Origin: Lentisphaeria bacterium
Lineage (GTDB): Bacteria; Verrucomicrobiota; Lentisphaeria; JABSQK01; JAWLHB01
Length of the DNA: 64,000 nucleotides
Assembly: GCA_041690595.1 (NCBI GenBank)
Contig: JAWLHB010000020.1
Span: forward strand, 1-64,000
Direction: 5' to 3'
Of this stretch, positions 10,411 to 19,795 are shown piece after piece. A program made the translations under genes and the position numbers. A model generated the notes under the pieces. That model was not told the DNA's origin and searched no databases. It worked only from the letters and a program-made list of their open reading frames with translations. Position 1 is the stretch's first letter, and each line of letters opens with the position of its first letter.

Positions 10411-10746
10411 TTATGCGTTGGCGGGTTGCCGCAGGTCGCGGATCTTGGCCTCGAGCTGTGCCGGCGCCATGAAGCCCGCCTCCAGCCCGACAACATCGCC
10501 ACCCTTCATGAAAGCGAGGGTCGGCACGGCGCGGATATTGAAGCGCTGGGCAAGCCCAAATGCCTCTTCGATGTTTACTTTCACGAACTTCACCTCGCCC
10601 GCATGTCGCTCGGCCAGCTTGTCGAGCACAAGTCCCATGGCTTTGCATGGGGCGCACCATGTAGCAAAGAAATCCACGACCACGGGTTGCTCACTCTGCT
10701 GAACTTCCACATCCCAGTTGCTCTCGTCGATGGACATGACACTCAT
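10411..10746 (-). CDS. trxA: Thioredoxin
   Basis: VVDFFATWCAPCK active site; IRAVPT cis-Pro loop. Confidence 0.9.
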   Translation of the reverse strand: MSVMSIDESNWDVEVQQSEQPVVVDFFATWCAPCKAMGLVLDKLAERHAGEVKFVKVNIEEAFGLAQRFNIRAVPTLAFMKGGDVVGLEAGFMAPAQLEAKIRDLRQPANA

Positions 10747-10821
10747 GATCTATCCTCCTGATGATCGGTTGGTGTTGTGCAGGGATAGATCCACGAACTC
10801 TCGAAACGTTACAAAAAGCTG

Positions 10822-11592
10822 CTAGTCCGGCGCGGGTGGTGCGTCCTCGACAATGGCAAGGCGAATGGCTTTGTACAGAACCCAGATCATCAGCACAAGC
10901 CCCAGCAGAAAAACGACGATGGAAGGATCGACCTCCTCGATGATGGGCTTCGGAAAGCCATCGCCCAGAACCTTTGTCCGGATCACCGCGCGGATCACGG
11001 CCACAATAGCCCCGATGCCGAAAAGGACACCGCCGCGCAACCACCAGCTGCGCGATCGAAGCCCGTAAAAAATGGCAGCCGCGCCTGTCGCCACCACCAA
11101 ATGCGCCGCGGTCGAGTGCCAGAGCCATGGCGGCCGCTCACCGAGCCAGAACTGCTCCTGATGATGCTCTGGATAGATAAGCCCGTTATAAAGCGCCCCG
11201 AAAAAGAGCGCGAAGCACGCCAGCATGAGGATCTGAACGATCAGTATCGGCGTCAGCCAGCGCGACGAGTTGACGACGGCGTAGGCGAGATAGAAGAAGG
11301 CGATGAGCATCACCAACCCGATCAGCGGAAGCGGATAAAGGTTGATGAAAGCTCGGTAGAAGTGGCGGTGGTGAAGGGTCTGCGCGAAGAGAAATGGCGC
11401 GACACCGGTGGTGATGGTCAGCGAGACGATCACGGGATAGTACGAGCGCAGCATCTGCCAGGCGGCCCCATCGCGTTTGCGCAGGTGCTGCCATAACGCG
11501 AGCACGGGCGTGCCGATGATGAGCACGATGAAGCAGTAATGGAGGGCAAACGAGCCGACCAGGAAGATCTGATGGATCTTAGCGTGGAGCAT
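10822..11592 (-). CDS. Polytopic membrane protein, probable CydA'-like partner of the upstream gene
   Basis: About 7 TM helices, His in the first helix, TITTGVAPFLF motif; overlaps the upstream stop. Confidence 0.55.
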   Translation of the reverse strand: MLHAKIHQIFLVGSFALHYCFIVLIIGTPVLALWQHLRKRDGAAWQMLRSYYPVIVSLTITTGVAPFLFAQTLHHRHFYRAFINLYPLPLIGLVMLIAFFYLAYAVVNSSRWLTPILIVQILMLACFALFFGALYNGLIYPEHHQEQFWLGERPPWLWHSTAAHLVVATGAAAIFYGLRSRSWWLRGGVLFGIGAIVAVIRAVIRTKVLGDGFPKPIIEEVDPSIVVFLLGLVLMIWVLYKAIRLAIVEDAPPAPD

Positions 11593-12967
11593 GAGTCCTC
11601 CCGGCGTCGAATGGGCTGTCGTGGCGCGCGTGCAGCGACTGAATGTAGGCGGTGAGATCGGTCACATCCCTGTCGGTACCCACGAAGGGAGGCATGAAGG
11701 GCTTGCTGATGTGCTGGTTGCGCAACGCTTCCGCGGCAAAACCTTCATCGCCCCACGCACGGGTGAGGTGAAGGATGGCATTGAAGCCCTTGCGCGTATG
11801 GCAGATCAGGCATTGGGAGCGAAAGAGATAGGAGCCGCGTTCGGCGGGGCTGAGTTGAGCGTGAACCAGATCGTCGGGTAACTGCCAGCGTCCCGCCGGC
11901 TTCTCCTCCGCCGTGCCGGGATAAAGGGTATCCACCAACAGGACCGAACCCTCCTCATGGGCGCGCCGCCGCCACTCGGGCACGTCGTCCGCCCAGATGG
12001 CGTTGGAGTAGAGGATCGGAGCGATGATGTACGGCTTGCGAATCCCTTCGCGGACGAACTCCGCGCTCACGGTCGCCACCAGTCCCATGACCAGCAGCAT
12101 CGCCGCGGCTTCCGCCTGCAGAATACGCACCCGCCGGAAAGCGTACCAGGAAACCACCGTGACGACCAGACTGAAGAAGGCCGTCCCCGCCAGAAACATG
12201 CTGATGGGAACGGACGAACCCTCCGCGAAAGAGGCCGCGGTCGCCGGAATCGAAAGCCGATACCAGATAGCGATCGGCAGCATCAGGAAGAACCAGGCCA
12301 TGTAGCGGTAGACGATACGGTAAAGCGGTTGCTTTTCCTCCTTGCTGAAGGTGAACCATGGTCGGACCGTAGCCAGCGCCAGGATGACCAGGCAGGCCAG
12401 CGCAATGGCGCTGAGGGTGCGCAGCAAGACACTGGGAAAGGCAGACGGATTCAGCCACGCCACAATGGCATTGCCCTCGCGCCAGGTCAGCATGGCGCTG
12501 AGGATGGGCGTCACCATCAGCAGGGAGCCCCAGGTGAAGAGCATGTAGATGAGCGTTAGTTGCTTGCGTCGTTCCCAGGACAGACGGCGGCGGTTGTAGT
12601 AGTAGATGTAGCCGACCACAATCTCCACTGCGAAGAAGGTGTACTCGTTGGCCCAGAACCAGACAAAGGTCTGGATCAGGTGTTGTGTCGCATCCGGTGA
12701 GAAGAGGGAGATGCTGAACCATATGCCCACTCCCGTGATCGCCCCCAGAACGAAGCTCACGTAGATCACCGAAAAGCCCAGCAGATCGAGCATCCGCTGG
12801 ATACTGGGGATCTTGCCGCCCGGATCCGACCGCTCCAGCCCATACAGCATGAAGCCTACCCCAACGGCATAGTGCGCCAGGAAAACATGTATCACCGCGA
12901 TCAGGCCGATGCTCAGCCCCCCGCCGATCAATGGCACATCGATTATCGGAAAATCTCCCACCTGCAT
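11579..12967 (-). CDS. Cytochrome bd subunit I (CydA)-like membrane protein fused to a c-type cytochrome
   Basis: IHVFLAHYAVG, GAITGVGIW, WANEYTFF and EFVREGIRKPY (GRQPW-equivalent) motifs; C-terminal CLICH and MPPF; start placed at 12967 after AGGGAG. Confidence 0.75.
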   Translation of the reverse strand: MQVGDFPIIDVPLIGGGLSIGLIAVIHVFLAHYAVGVGFMLYGLERSDPGGKIPSIQRMLDLLGFSVIYVSFVLGAITGVGIWFSISLFSPDATQHLIQTFVWFWANEYTFFAVEIVVGYIYYYNRRRLSWERRKQLTLIYMLFTWGSLLMVTPILSAMLTWREGNAIVAWLNPSAFPSVLLRTLSAIALACLVILALATVRPWFTFSKEEKQPLYRIVYRYMAWFFLMLPIAIWYRLSIPATAASFAEGSSVPISMFLAGTAFFSLVVTVVSWYAFRRVRILQAEAAAMLLVMGLVATVSAEFVREGIRKPYIIAPILYSNAIWADDVPEWRRRAHEEGSVLLVDTLYPGTAEEKPAGRWQLPDDLVHAQLSPAERGSYLFRSQCLICHTRKGFNAILHLTRAWGDEGFAAEALRNQHISKPFMPPFVGTDRDVTDLTAYIQSLHARHDSPFDAGRTHAPR

Positions 12968-13157
12968 ACTCCCTTGATGCACTACAAATAGTTGGCTTTC
13001 GCTATCGTGTCAAAAATCACTAATGCAATCCCCGCGTTTAAATCACCGTTCCAGTAGATTGCCATCGGAATGGCTTTCGGTATCGCCGCCACGGGAGTAT
13101 GGTACCGCAGTGACTGAGGGACAATGCGACGCTAACATTGGATGAAGAAAACGAAGC

Positions 13158-13496
13158 ATGAACAAAGCGGATCTGGAAAGCTTCAGAGAGCAGCTGCTGC
13201 ACATGCGGACTGAACTCGAGGAGCTGGACGAAGCCGAACGAGAATCGACCGCCCCCGTCAAGCTGGATCAAACGAGCGTGGGCCGGGTGTCGCGTATGGA
13301 TGCGATGCAGTCCCAGCAGATGGCGAAGGAGCTCGGCAGGCGCCGTCAGAATGCGCTGGTGAAGGTCGAGGAGGCTCTCTACCGCATGGAGACCGGCGAG
13401 TATGGCTACTGCCTGGCCTGCAATGCCGATATCGATCCGCGCCGACTCGCGGCCGATCCCACCAACAGCCTCTGCATTCGTTGCGCGGCAAGATAG
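13158..13496 (+). CDS. TraR/DksA C4 zinc-finger transcription factor
   Basis: GRVSRMDAMQ coiled coil; GEYGYCLAC...RL.A.P...CIRC. Confidence 0.9.
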   Translation: MNKADLESFREQLLHMRTELEELDEAERESTAPVKLDQTSVGRVSRMDAMQSQQMAKELGRRRQNALVKVEEALYRMETGEYGYCLACNADIDPRRLAADPTNSLCIRCAAR

Positions 13497-13513
13497 CCCC
13501 GGCAGGCGTCGAC

Positions 13514-14635
13514 TCAATAGCGTCGTGGCTGCTGAACCCGCTGGAGTTGCTCGGCCTGCTGGCGTCTGCTTTCATGTCGGCGCAGAGCTTCCTGCGTCAG
13601 CCGGGTCACCGTAAAGGTGCTGCCGTCGTACGCGGTCTGCACACGGTCCGCCACCTTCTCGACCGTCAGCTGCGTGTTACCGGCCTCGACAAGTCGATAG
13701 CTCTCGGTGCGCAGATGCTGCCCTTGGAAGAGACTCACGTTGAAGCTATCGCCCAGCACGACCTGAAACTGCCTGATGGCTGAACCATCGGGCGGCAGCA
13801 CGACGAGCAGGTGCTCTTTAGGACCGTACCTGACCGTCTCCTTCAGTGGCAGAACGATCTGCTCATCATCGCGCGCGATGGTTGCTTGCGCAAGCACCTT
13901 GCGAAGGCCATTTGGCAGCCGTTCCGTGCGATGCTCGACATCGGTAACACGAAAGCCTCCACTGCCGGGGATCTCGGAGCCGATCCGCGCGAAATAGGAG
14001 CGCCGTCCACGATCGGTCAGCACGTCGAACTGCAGATCCCACTGTTCCTTATCCATGGGTGATGTCACGGCGATGCTGGCGAACATGATCGGCAAGGTCC
14101 CTTGGCGATGACCACGCAACCAGACATGGCTGATCAGGGGGTGCATCACCTCTTCCGCGCTCCGAGGCATCGCTTCCGGCAGCTCATCCACGGGGAGATC
14201 GGCCGATTCGCTGCGACCCAGTATTGGCGTATACCGTGTCGTGTAGTGAACCAGCAGTTCCGGTGCATTGCGGCTGTACATATAGAACGATGGATCGAAG
14301 AGCGATCCTTCACCATGCTTGCGGAGGTGCTCGCGCAGCTCCACTGAGACCGGCAGCTGCCGGTCGTCTGGAAGCTCGAGCCCTGGCACATGCGCCGGTT
14401 GCCACAGGCGTTCTTGCGGTATGCTGATCTGGACGTCGAATGGCAGATCCAGCTCAGGAACCGGCTTGTCTTTGAAGGTGGCTCCGCTGTACAGCGAATT
14501 GACCTGGCCGATCGTCTTGCGCAGATTGAGCGTCTGCATGAGCACAACCACAACCAGCGTACTCAACACGGCCCCCAGAACCACCTTGTCGTAGTACTCC
14601 TTCAGAAAGCTCCAACCAGCAATCAGGTATCTCAT
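13514..14635 (-). CDS. Membrane-anchored hypothetical protein resembling PVC pilus-associated (Amuc_1099-like) proteins
   Basis: FLKEYYDKVVL N-terminus followed by a single TM helix; beta-rich C-terminal region. Confidence 0.45.
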   Translation of the reverse strand: MRYLIAGWSFLKEYYDKVVLGAVLSTLVVVVLMQTLNLRKTIGQVNSLYSGATFKDKPVPELDLPFDVQISIPQERLWQPAHVPGLELPDDRQLPVSVELREHLRKHGEGSLFDPSFYMYSRNAPELLVHYTTRYTPILGRSESADLPVDELPEAMPRSAEEVMHPLISHVWLRGHRQGTLPIMFASIAVTSPMDKEQWDLQFDVLTDRGRRSYFARIGSEIPGSGGFRVTDVEHRTERLPNGLRKVLAQATIARDDEQIVLPLKETVRYGPKEHLLVVLPPDGSAIRQFQVVLGDSFNVSLFQGQHLRTESYRLVEAGNTQLTVEKVADRVQTAYDGSTFTVTRLTQEALRRHESRRQQAEQLQRVQQPRRY

Positions 14636-14757
14636 ACTCCCAACCTCCTTGGTAAGCAGGCGTCCATGCCTTGAATATACCCGCGGTGGCCTCTTTCGTC
14701 AAATCCCGGAATTGCACCGAATGCACCGAATGGCACCCCAGCTGTTCGAGCTGACCG

Positions 14758-16257
14758 TCAATGGCGTTCGTCGACCAGTACATGTTCTTCCATGCTGCCT
14801 GCTTCCTCCGTCGGCAGATCTTCTCCTGATGCGCCGGCATTCGCATAGTCCGTGATGCGCTTGCTCGCCGCCCCGAGACCAGCCATGCTGCAGGGACCGG
14901 CCACGCAGCCTCCCTCACAGCACATGACTTCCAGGAAGTTGCCGGCGCCTTTGCCCTTGGCGTAGACCTTCAGCAACTTCATGGTCTTGCTGGTGAGGCC
15001 GTCGATGCTCATGGGCTTCAGCGGCACCCGCTCTCTTACGTGTGCGGCAACCGCGCCGGTGACGCCACCCGATAGGGCGAAACCGCGGCCGGTGCGCCGT
15101 GCGGGACGCGGGAAGGGGGTAGGGGGACAGGCCGCCACCTCGATCTCCGCCGCCACGAAGATGGCGCCGATCTCCTCAGCCGTCAGCACATAGTCCACCA
15201 TCGCATCTCTGTGTGCCTCTTCCCGTTTGGCGATGCACGGGCCGATGAAGACCGTGATGCACCCGGGATCGAGTGACTTGGCAACCTTTCCGGCGAAGTG
15301 CATGGGCGTCGGTGTGCTCGAGACAAAGGGCTTCATGGCAGGTACATGGCGCTCGACCGCGGCCACGTAGGCGGGACAGCAGCTGGTGGTCATCAGCGCA
15401 TCCCCATCCTCCATGCGCTCGACGAATTCCGCCGCTTCCTCGCGGGCGGTGTGGTCGGCACCGGCGGCCACTTCGAGAACATCGGCGAAACCAAGACGAC
15501 GAAGAGCGGTATTCACCTTCTCCAACTCCGCCGGAAGATGGCCGGCCAGGGCAGGTGCAAGCATGGCCACAACCCGCTTGCCGCTTCTCAACTGGGCGAG
15601 CACATCCACCAGTTGCGACACTTCCATGATCGCCCCGAACGGGCAGGTCGTGACGCATTTGCCGCAGTGAATGCAGGCTTCCGAATCGATCTGCTCGCGC
15701 CCCGACGCATCCTTGCGAATGGCGCCGACCGGGCACGCCTCCTCACAAGGAATCGGTACGTAGATGATGGCGTGATAGGGGCAGACCTGCATGCATTTTC
15801 CGCAGTCGATGCACGCCTCGCGATCGATCTTCGCTTCACCGTCGACGACGTCAATGGCGTTCTTCGGGCAGTTCAACGTGCAGGGCCGGGCAACGCATCC
15901 ACGGCAGGCGTTGGTGATGAAGTAGTTGCCGGGGACGCAGGCGCTGCACGCTTCGTCGATGACCGTCAGCACCTGGGCCGGCGCCTCGCTTCGGGCCTGC
16001 GCCTCGGCGGCATACTCCCGCAATGGCTTGAGTTCATCGGTTTCGTTCTCGACGGCATGGCCGAGGAGCGCCATGAGCCGGTAGCGGGTCACGGCCCGAT
16101 CATGGTGGGTGCAGCAGCGCACGGCCCGACCGCGGCGCGGGTGCTGCTCGACTGGTATGTTGTCCACATCATCGTCGAGGGTGTGGCGCAGATAACGGCG
16201 AGCCAGCTCGATCATCAGCGTTCGTCTGATCCGGGTGGCATTATTCTCGAAGGTCAT
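14758..16257 (-). CDS. Monomeric [FeFe] hydrogenase, group B-like (HfsD-like)
   Basis: H-cluster motifs TTSCCP, GPCIAKREE and EVMCCEGGCVAGP; several CxxCxxCxxxCP ferredoxin-type motifs. Confidence 0.9.
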   Translation of the reverse strand: MTFENNATRIRRTLMIELARRYLRHTLDDDVDNIPVEQHPRRGRAVRCCTHHDRAVTRYRLMALLGHAVENETDELKPLREYAAEAQARSEAPAQVLTVIDEACSACVPGNYFITNACRGCVARPCTLNCPKNAIDVVDGEAKIDREACIDCGKCMQVCPYHAIIYVPIPCEEACPVGAIRKDASGREQIDSEACIHCGKCVTTCPFGAIMEVSQLVDVLAQLRSGKRVVAMLAPALAGHLPAELEKVNTALRRLGFADVLEVAAGADHTAREEAAEFVERMEDGDALMTTSCCPAYVAAVERHVPAMKPFVSSTPTPMHFAGKVAKSLDPGCITVFIGPCIAKREEAHRDAMVDYVLTAEEIGAIFVAAEIEVAACPPTPFPRPARRTGRGFALSGGVTGAVAAHVRERVPLKPMSIDGLTSKTMKLLKVYAKGKGAGNFLEVMCCEGGCVAGPCSMAGLGAASKRITDYANAGASGEDLPTEEAGSMEEHVLVDERH

Positions 16258-16302
16258 GGAAGTAATCCTGGTACAAATGGGCTGTCAACAGGTACAGGGG
16301 CG

Positions 16303-16563
16303 TCAGGCGGTGGCGGCGGCGTGGCGGCGGATGGCCTGAACCAGCTTCGGGATGGTCGCTTCGGAGATCGTTTCGCCGTTGACGCGAACGAAGGGAGCCT
16401 TGCCGAACTGACCATTCTTGCACAGTTCCAGGCAGGAGGCGCCATCGATCTCCACGCGGCTTGCCAGTTCCGCGGGCAGCGCCTCTTGCACTTGCAGCAG
16501 TGAGGAAGCGCCCAACACGTAACAGGTGGTTCCCATGCAGATTTCGACCTTGATCTTGCTCAT
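16303..16563 (-). CDS. Thioredoxin-like [2Fe-2S] ferredoxin
   Basis: ICMGTTC...CLELC...AP.V.VNG. Confidence 0.85.
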   Translation of the reverse strand: MSKIKVEICMGTTCYVLGASSLLQVQEALPAELASRVEIDGASCLELCKNGQFGKAPFVRVNGETISEATIPKLVQAIRRHAAATA

Positions 16564-16580
16564 GATTGGCCTCCTCGCGG

Positions 16581-17762
16581 TTACATGAACTTCACGTTTG
16601 CTTCTTTCAGATACTTCTCGTTCAGCGTACGCACGATCCGCTTGATCAGGTTCCTGCGTATGTCCAGCTCCACCGGCAGATTCGGATCCTGATGCGATTC
16701 GTTGATCCGCGTGCCGACGATAAACTCGATGCAGTCGCTCTCGAGGAGCAGTCGCAATAGCTTGACGGCGCCGTTGGCCTGAAGTTGCTCGGGCGAGGCG
16801 CCCTGATCGAGCAGTGTCGCCAGCCGACTCAAGGTCAGCGTTCCTTCCGTGACCAGATCGATGCCATCCATCAACGAAGTCGGCGGGATCTCCGGGTCGA
16901 TGGCCGTCATGTCCAGTTTGACCTTGCGCCCCAGCTCACGAGCGACCAGATTTGCCGTCGTCCCCCCACAGATAACGCGGCTGCCCTGATAGTCGCGCAG
17001 CAGCATTGCCATCTCGATATCGCGCTCCTGGTTGATGGGCGGTCCGGTGAGGATCATGGTCCGGCGCGGCCGCCGGAAAGATATGACCGCGCAACTGATG
17101 TCATCCCGCGCCTTCCAGTTGTCATTCTGCTGGGCCCGCTTGACGAGGCGGCGGGCCAACTGCCGTGACGAGATCTCGCCATTCTCCGCCAGCAGGTCGT
17201 GGGCGAAGCCATTTACACCCGCGCCCCAGCCGAGGGGCATGTCGCGGCTCCCCATCCCCGACTGCGATACACCATCCGAGAAAACCACCAACCGGTTGCC
17301 GATCGTCGCTTCGAACTCACTGAAGGCGAGCTGCCGAACGCCCAACTGCGCGGTGCGTACGCTCAACTCCCTTTTCTGCACCGGATGACGATTCAGCAGC
17401 AGGTAGGGCGGGTTCTCGTATTCGACGATCCGCACATCCTGGCCGTGGCCGATGTCCAGAATCGTAAAGGTCGAGTAGCCGATGCGGCGCTGGCTGCAGA
17501 CCGGAAGCGTCGCCATGATGATCTCCGAGGCCCGCTGCGGATCGATATCGGCCGAGACATATTTCAGCGCCATGCTGGCCGTCATGGTGGCCAGCACATT
17601 CGCCTTGATCCCGCTGCCCAGCCCGTCCGCCAGTACACAGACCAGACGATCCTCGGCGGCCAGCTTCCGCGAGAGAAAGACGTCGCCGGCGGCATGCTGT
17701 CCATGCTTGCTGACCTGGCAGAAGTCGACATCCACGAAGCATCCCCCGTTAAGCATCTTCAC
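16581..17762 (-). CDS. SpoIIE/PP2C-family Ser/Thr phosphatase (HfsC-like)
   Basis: GD, LADGLGSG, SDG and DDIS motifs; C-terminal ICGGTTA domain. Confidence 0.9.
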   Translation of the reverse strand: MKMLNGGCFVDVDFCQVSKHGQHAAGDVFLSRKLAAEDRLVCVLADGLGSGIKANVLATMTASMALKYVSADIDPQRASEIIMATLPVCSQRRIGYSTFTILDIGHGQDVRIVEYENPPYLLLNRHPVQKRELSVRTAQLGVRQLAFSEFEATIGNRLVVFSDGVSQSGMGSRDMPLGWGAGVNGFAHDLLAENGEISSRQLARRLVKRAQQNDNWKARDDISCAVISFRRPRRTMILTGPPINQERDIEMAMLLRDYQGSRVICGGTTANLVARELGRKVKLDMTAIDPEIPPTSLMDGIDLVTEGTLTLSRLATLLDQGASPEQLQANGAVKLLRLLLESDCIEFIVGTRINESHQDPNLPVELDIRRNLIKRIVRTLNEKYLKEANVKFM

Positions 17763-19479
17763 CCCTCCCGATCTGCTCCGGCGTGAACGACTCGATGATC
17801 GAGTTGAGGATCACCTCCGATTCCGCCGCATTCTCCCCCAGCAGGTAGGCGATCTGCTGCACCGTGTTGAGGTTCCGGGTGATCACGTCCTGCGCCTGCT
17901 TGATGATGCGTTCCTTCTGGACGGCAGGCTGCGTTATGTCCTGCATCACCGCCCCGACCAACCGGTGCGCCTCGATGGTGAAAATCGTCACGTGCAGAAT
18001 GGCAGAGGTCAGGCGCAAGTCCTTTTCGAGCTTCTCCTGACCGCTGCGCAGCACCTGTGCGAAGAGGCCCGAAAAGGGAACCAGCTTGCTGAGGCTCGCC
18101 CCTTCGAGGCCGGGCTTCGCTTCGTATACCATCTGCACTTCGGCTCCCATCAGCTCCGCGAACCTGAGATTGCTTTCCACTACCCGCAGATTCTCGTCCA
18201 CGATGATAACGCCCGACGGCATCGTCCGGATCAGCGCGTTGGCCTTCTTGGTTGCCAGCTTGCGCATGTAGCTGACGCACATGTTCCGCTCGGCCTTGCC
18301 GTCCAGCATGGCAGCGGCAAACTCGCGACACGAATCGTAGCCGCATCCCCCGCAATTCAGCTCGTCCGCCCGTACGAACTTGCCGACTTCCCGCAGGGCC
18401 TCGCGAAGGGTCTCTTCCCCGTAAGTGCAGGCACCGATCGGCTCCATGACCCACTGCAGCTCGAGGGGCAGTCCCCGTCGCGCCCGCGCGGGAGCCCCGG
18501 CTTCGGCCTGATCGAGGATCTGCAGTCGCTTTCCGAGTGTTCCCCCGGCATGGCTGACGCCGGCGCCGTTGACGCAGCCGCCGCTGCACGCCAGCAACTC
18601 CAGGAAGACTGGTCCGCCCGCCATGATGCTCTCCGTCTGCGACAGCGCTTCCTGGATCGCCTTCATCCCCGAGAAGGTCATCATCCGAACATTTCGCTTT
18701 ACCCCGTGACGTTCGAGCCCGGCAATCATCCCCCCATCCACCGGATAGAGCACACCGTCGGCGGCTGCATCCGGCACAAAAACATCGTCGGCTCGCGCCT
18801 CCAGAACACCCGGCTGAAAGCTGCGACTGGTGAGCCACTGGCGCAGCTCCACAAAAGTGATCGCCACATCGAGCAATTCTGGATTCGCATCTGCTTCCGC
18901 CTTCTTGCCCAAGCACGGACCGACGAAGACGATGCCGATCTCCGGCCCGTAGTGCTGGCGCAGAATCCGGCAGTGAGCCAGAAGCGGCGACACGATCTTC
19001 GTCATGCTCGCGGCCAGTTCGGGCCGATACTTCTGCAGATACTCGACCACTGCCGGACATGCGCTCGACAGGTACAGCTCATCGCGGGTCGCTTCGTTGA
19101 TCTGCTCGGCCAGCGTCGCCGACACTTCCTCCGCCCCCAGTGCCGTTTCCGAGACGCCCGCAAAGCCCAGCCGCCGCAGCGCCTGGATCAGCTCCGCCCG
19201 CGGCCAGTCGGCAAACTCCGTTACATAACTGGGCGCCAGCGACACGTAGACGCGCTGCTTGAGCGCCAGGAGACGCCGGGCACGCTCCACGTCCTGCCGC
19301 CCATGCTTGGCACCGACGGGGCAGACCTGCACGCAATGGCCGCAGTGGATGCAGAGGTCGGGCACCACTTCTGCGTTGCCATCGCAGATGCGGATCGCCT
19401 TGATCGGGCATTCGCGCAGGCACTTGTAGCAGTCCTGGCATTCCGCTTTGCTGGTACTGATGGGGCGTAGCGTGTCCAT
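17749..19479 (-). CDS. Sensory [FeFe] hydrogenase with FeS and PAS domains, group C (HydS/HfsB-like)
   Basis: 2[4Fe-4S] N-terminus; SSACP, GPCLGKKAE and ELLACSGGC; NCGGCGYDSC FeS domain; PAS (MPSGVIIVD). Confidence 0.9.
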   Translation of the reverse strand: MDTLRPISTSKAECQDCYKCLRECPIKAIRICDGNAEVVPDLCIHCGHCVQVCPVGAKHGRQDVERARRLLALKQRVYVSLAPSYVTEFADWPRAELIQALRRLGFAGVSETALGAEEVSATLAEQINEATRDELYLSSACPAVVEYLQKYRPELAASMTKIVSPLLAHCRILRQHYGPEIGIVFVGPCLGKKAEADANPELLDVAITFVELRQWLTSRSFQPGVLEARADDVFVPDAAADGVLYPVDGGMIAGLERHGVKRNVRMMTFSGMKAIQEALSQTESIMAGGPVFLELLACSGGCVNGAGVSHAGGTLGKRLQILDQAEAGAPARARRGLPLELQWVMEPIGACTYGEETLREALREVGKFVRADELNCGGCGYDSCREFAAAMLDGKAERNMCVSYMRKLATKKANALIRTMPSGVIIVDENLRVVESNLRFAELMGAEVQMVYEAKPGLEGASLSKLVPFSGLFAQVLRSGQEKLEKDLRLTSAILHVTIFTIEAHRLVGAVMQDITQPAVQKERIIKQAQDVITRNLNTVQQIAYLLGENAAESEVILNSIIESFTPEQIGRGEDA

Positions 19480-19481
19480 AA

Positions 19482-19775
19482 TCAGCTCTCTCCGCCGTCG
19501 CTCGTGGGCGACTGCTCAAGGTGATGCCGAAGAAGGTCCAGAATCGTGGCCGGCTCCACCTTCTCATAATCCGTCTCGCCGATCCTCAGCATCGGGCCGC
19601 CGCTGCAGTGGCCATCACACAGCGCTCCCGAGAGGAAGACGCGTTCCTCAAGCCCATTCTCCTTCAGGTACTGCTGCAGCAACTGAAGCGCTCGGCCATT
19701 CCCACGCGAAAAACACGAACTACCAAGGCAGAGACGCACATGCAGCCCAGAGGTGACCGCGGTTGCCTGCATCAT
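19482..19775 (-). CDS. Thioredoxin-like [2Fe-2S] ferredoxin (HfsA-like)
   Basis: LCLGSSCFSRG...LCDGHCSGGP; start trimmed to ATG 19775 after GGGAGG RBS. Confidence 0.85.
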   Translation of the reverse strand: MMQATAVTSGLHVRLCLGSSCFSRGNGRALQLLQQYLKENGLEERVFLSGALCDGHCSGGPMLRIGETDYEKVEPATILDLLRHHLEQSPTSDGGES

Positions 19776-19795
19776 GGAGACCTCCCTTATCTGAA

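Noticed and set aside
17482..19470. 662-aa plus-strand ORF, and similar long antisense ORFs (25156-27243, 36744-40417, 45652-48237, 51461-54172, 60525-63737)
   Set aside because: They shadow well-supported genes on the opposite strand; this is expected from high-GC codon bias, and they show no motifs.
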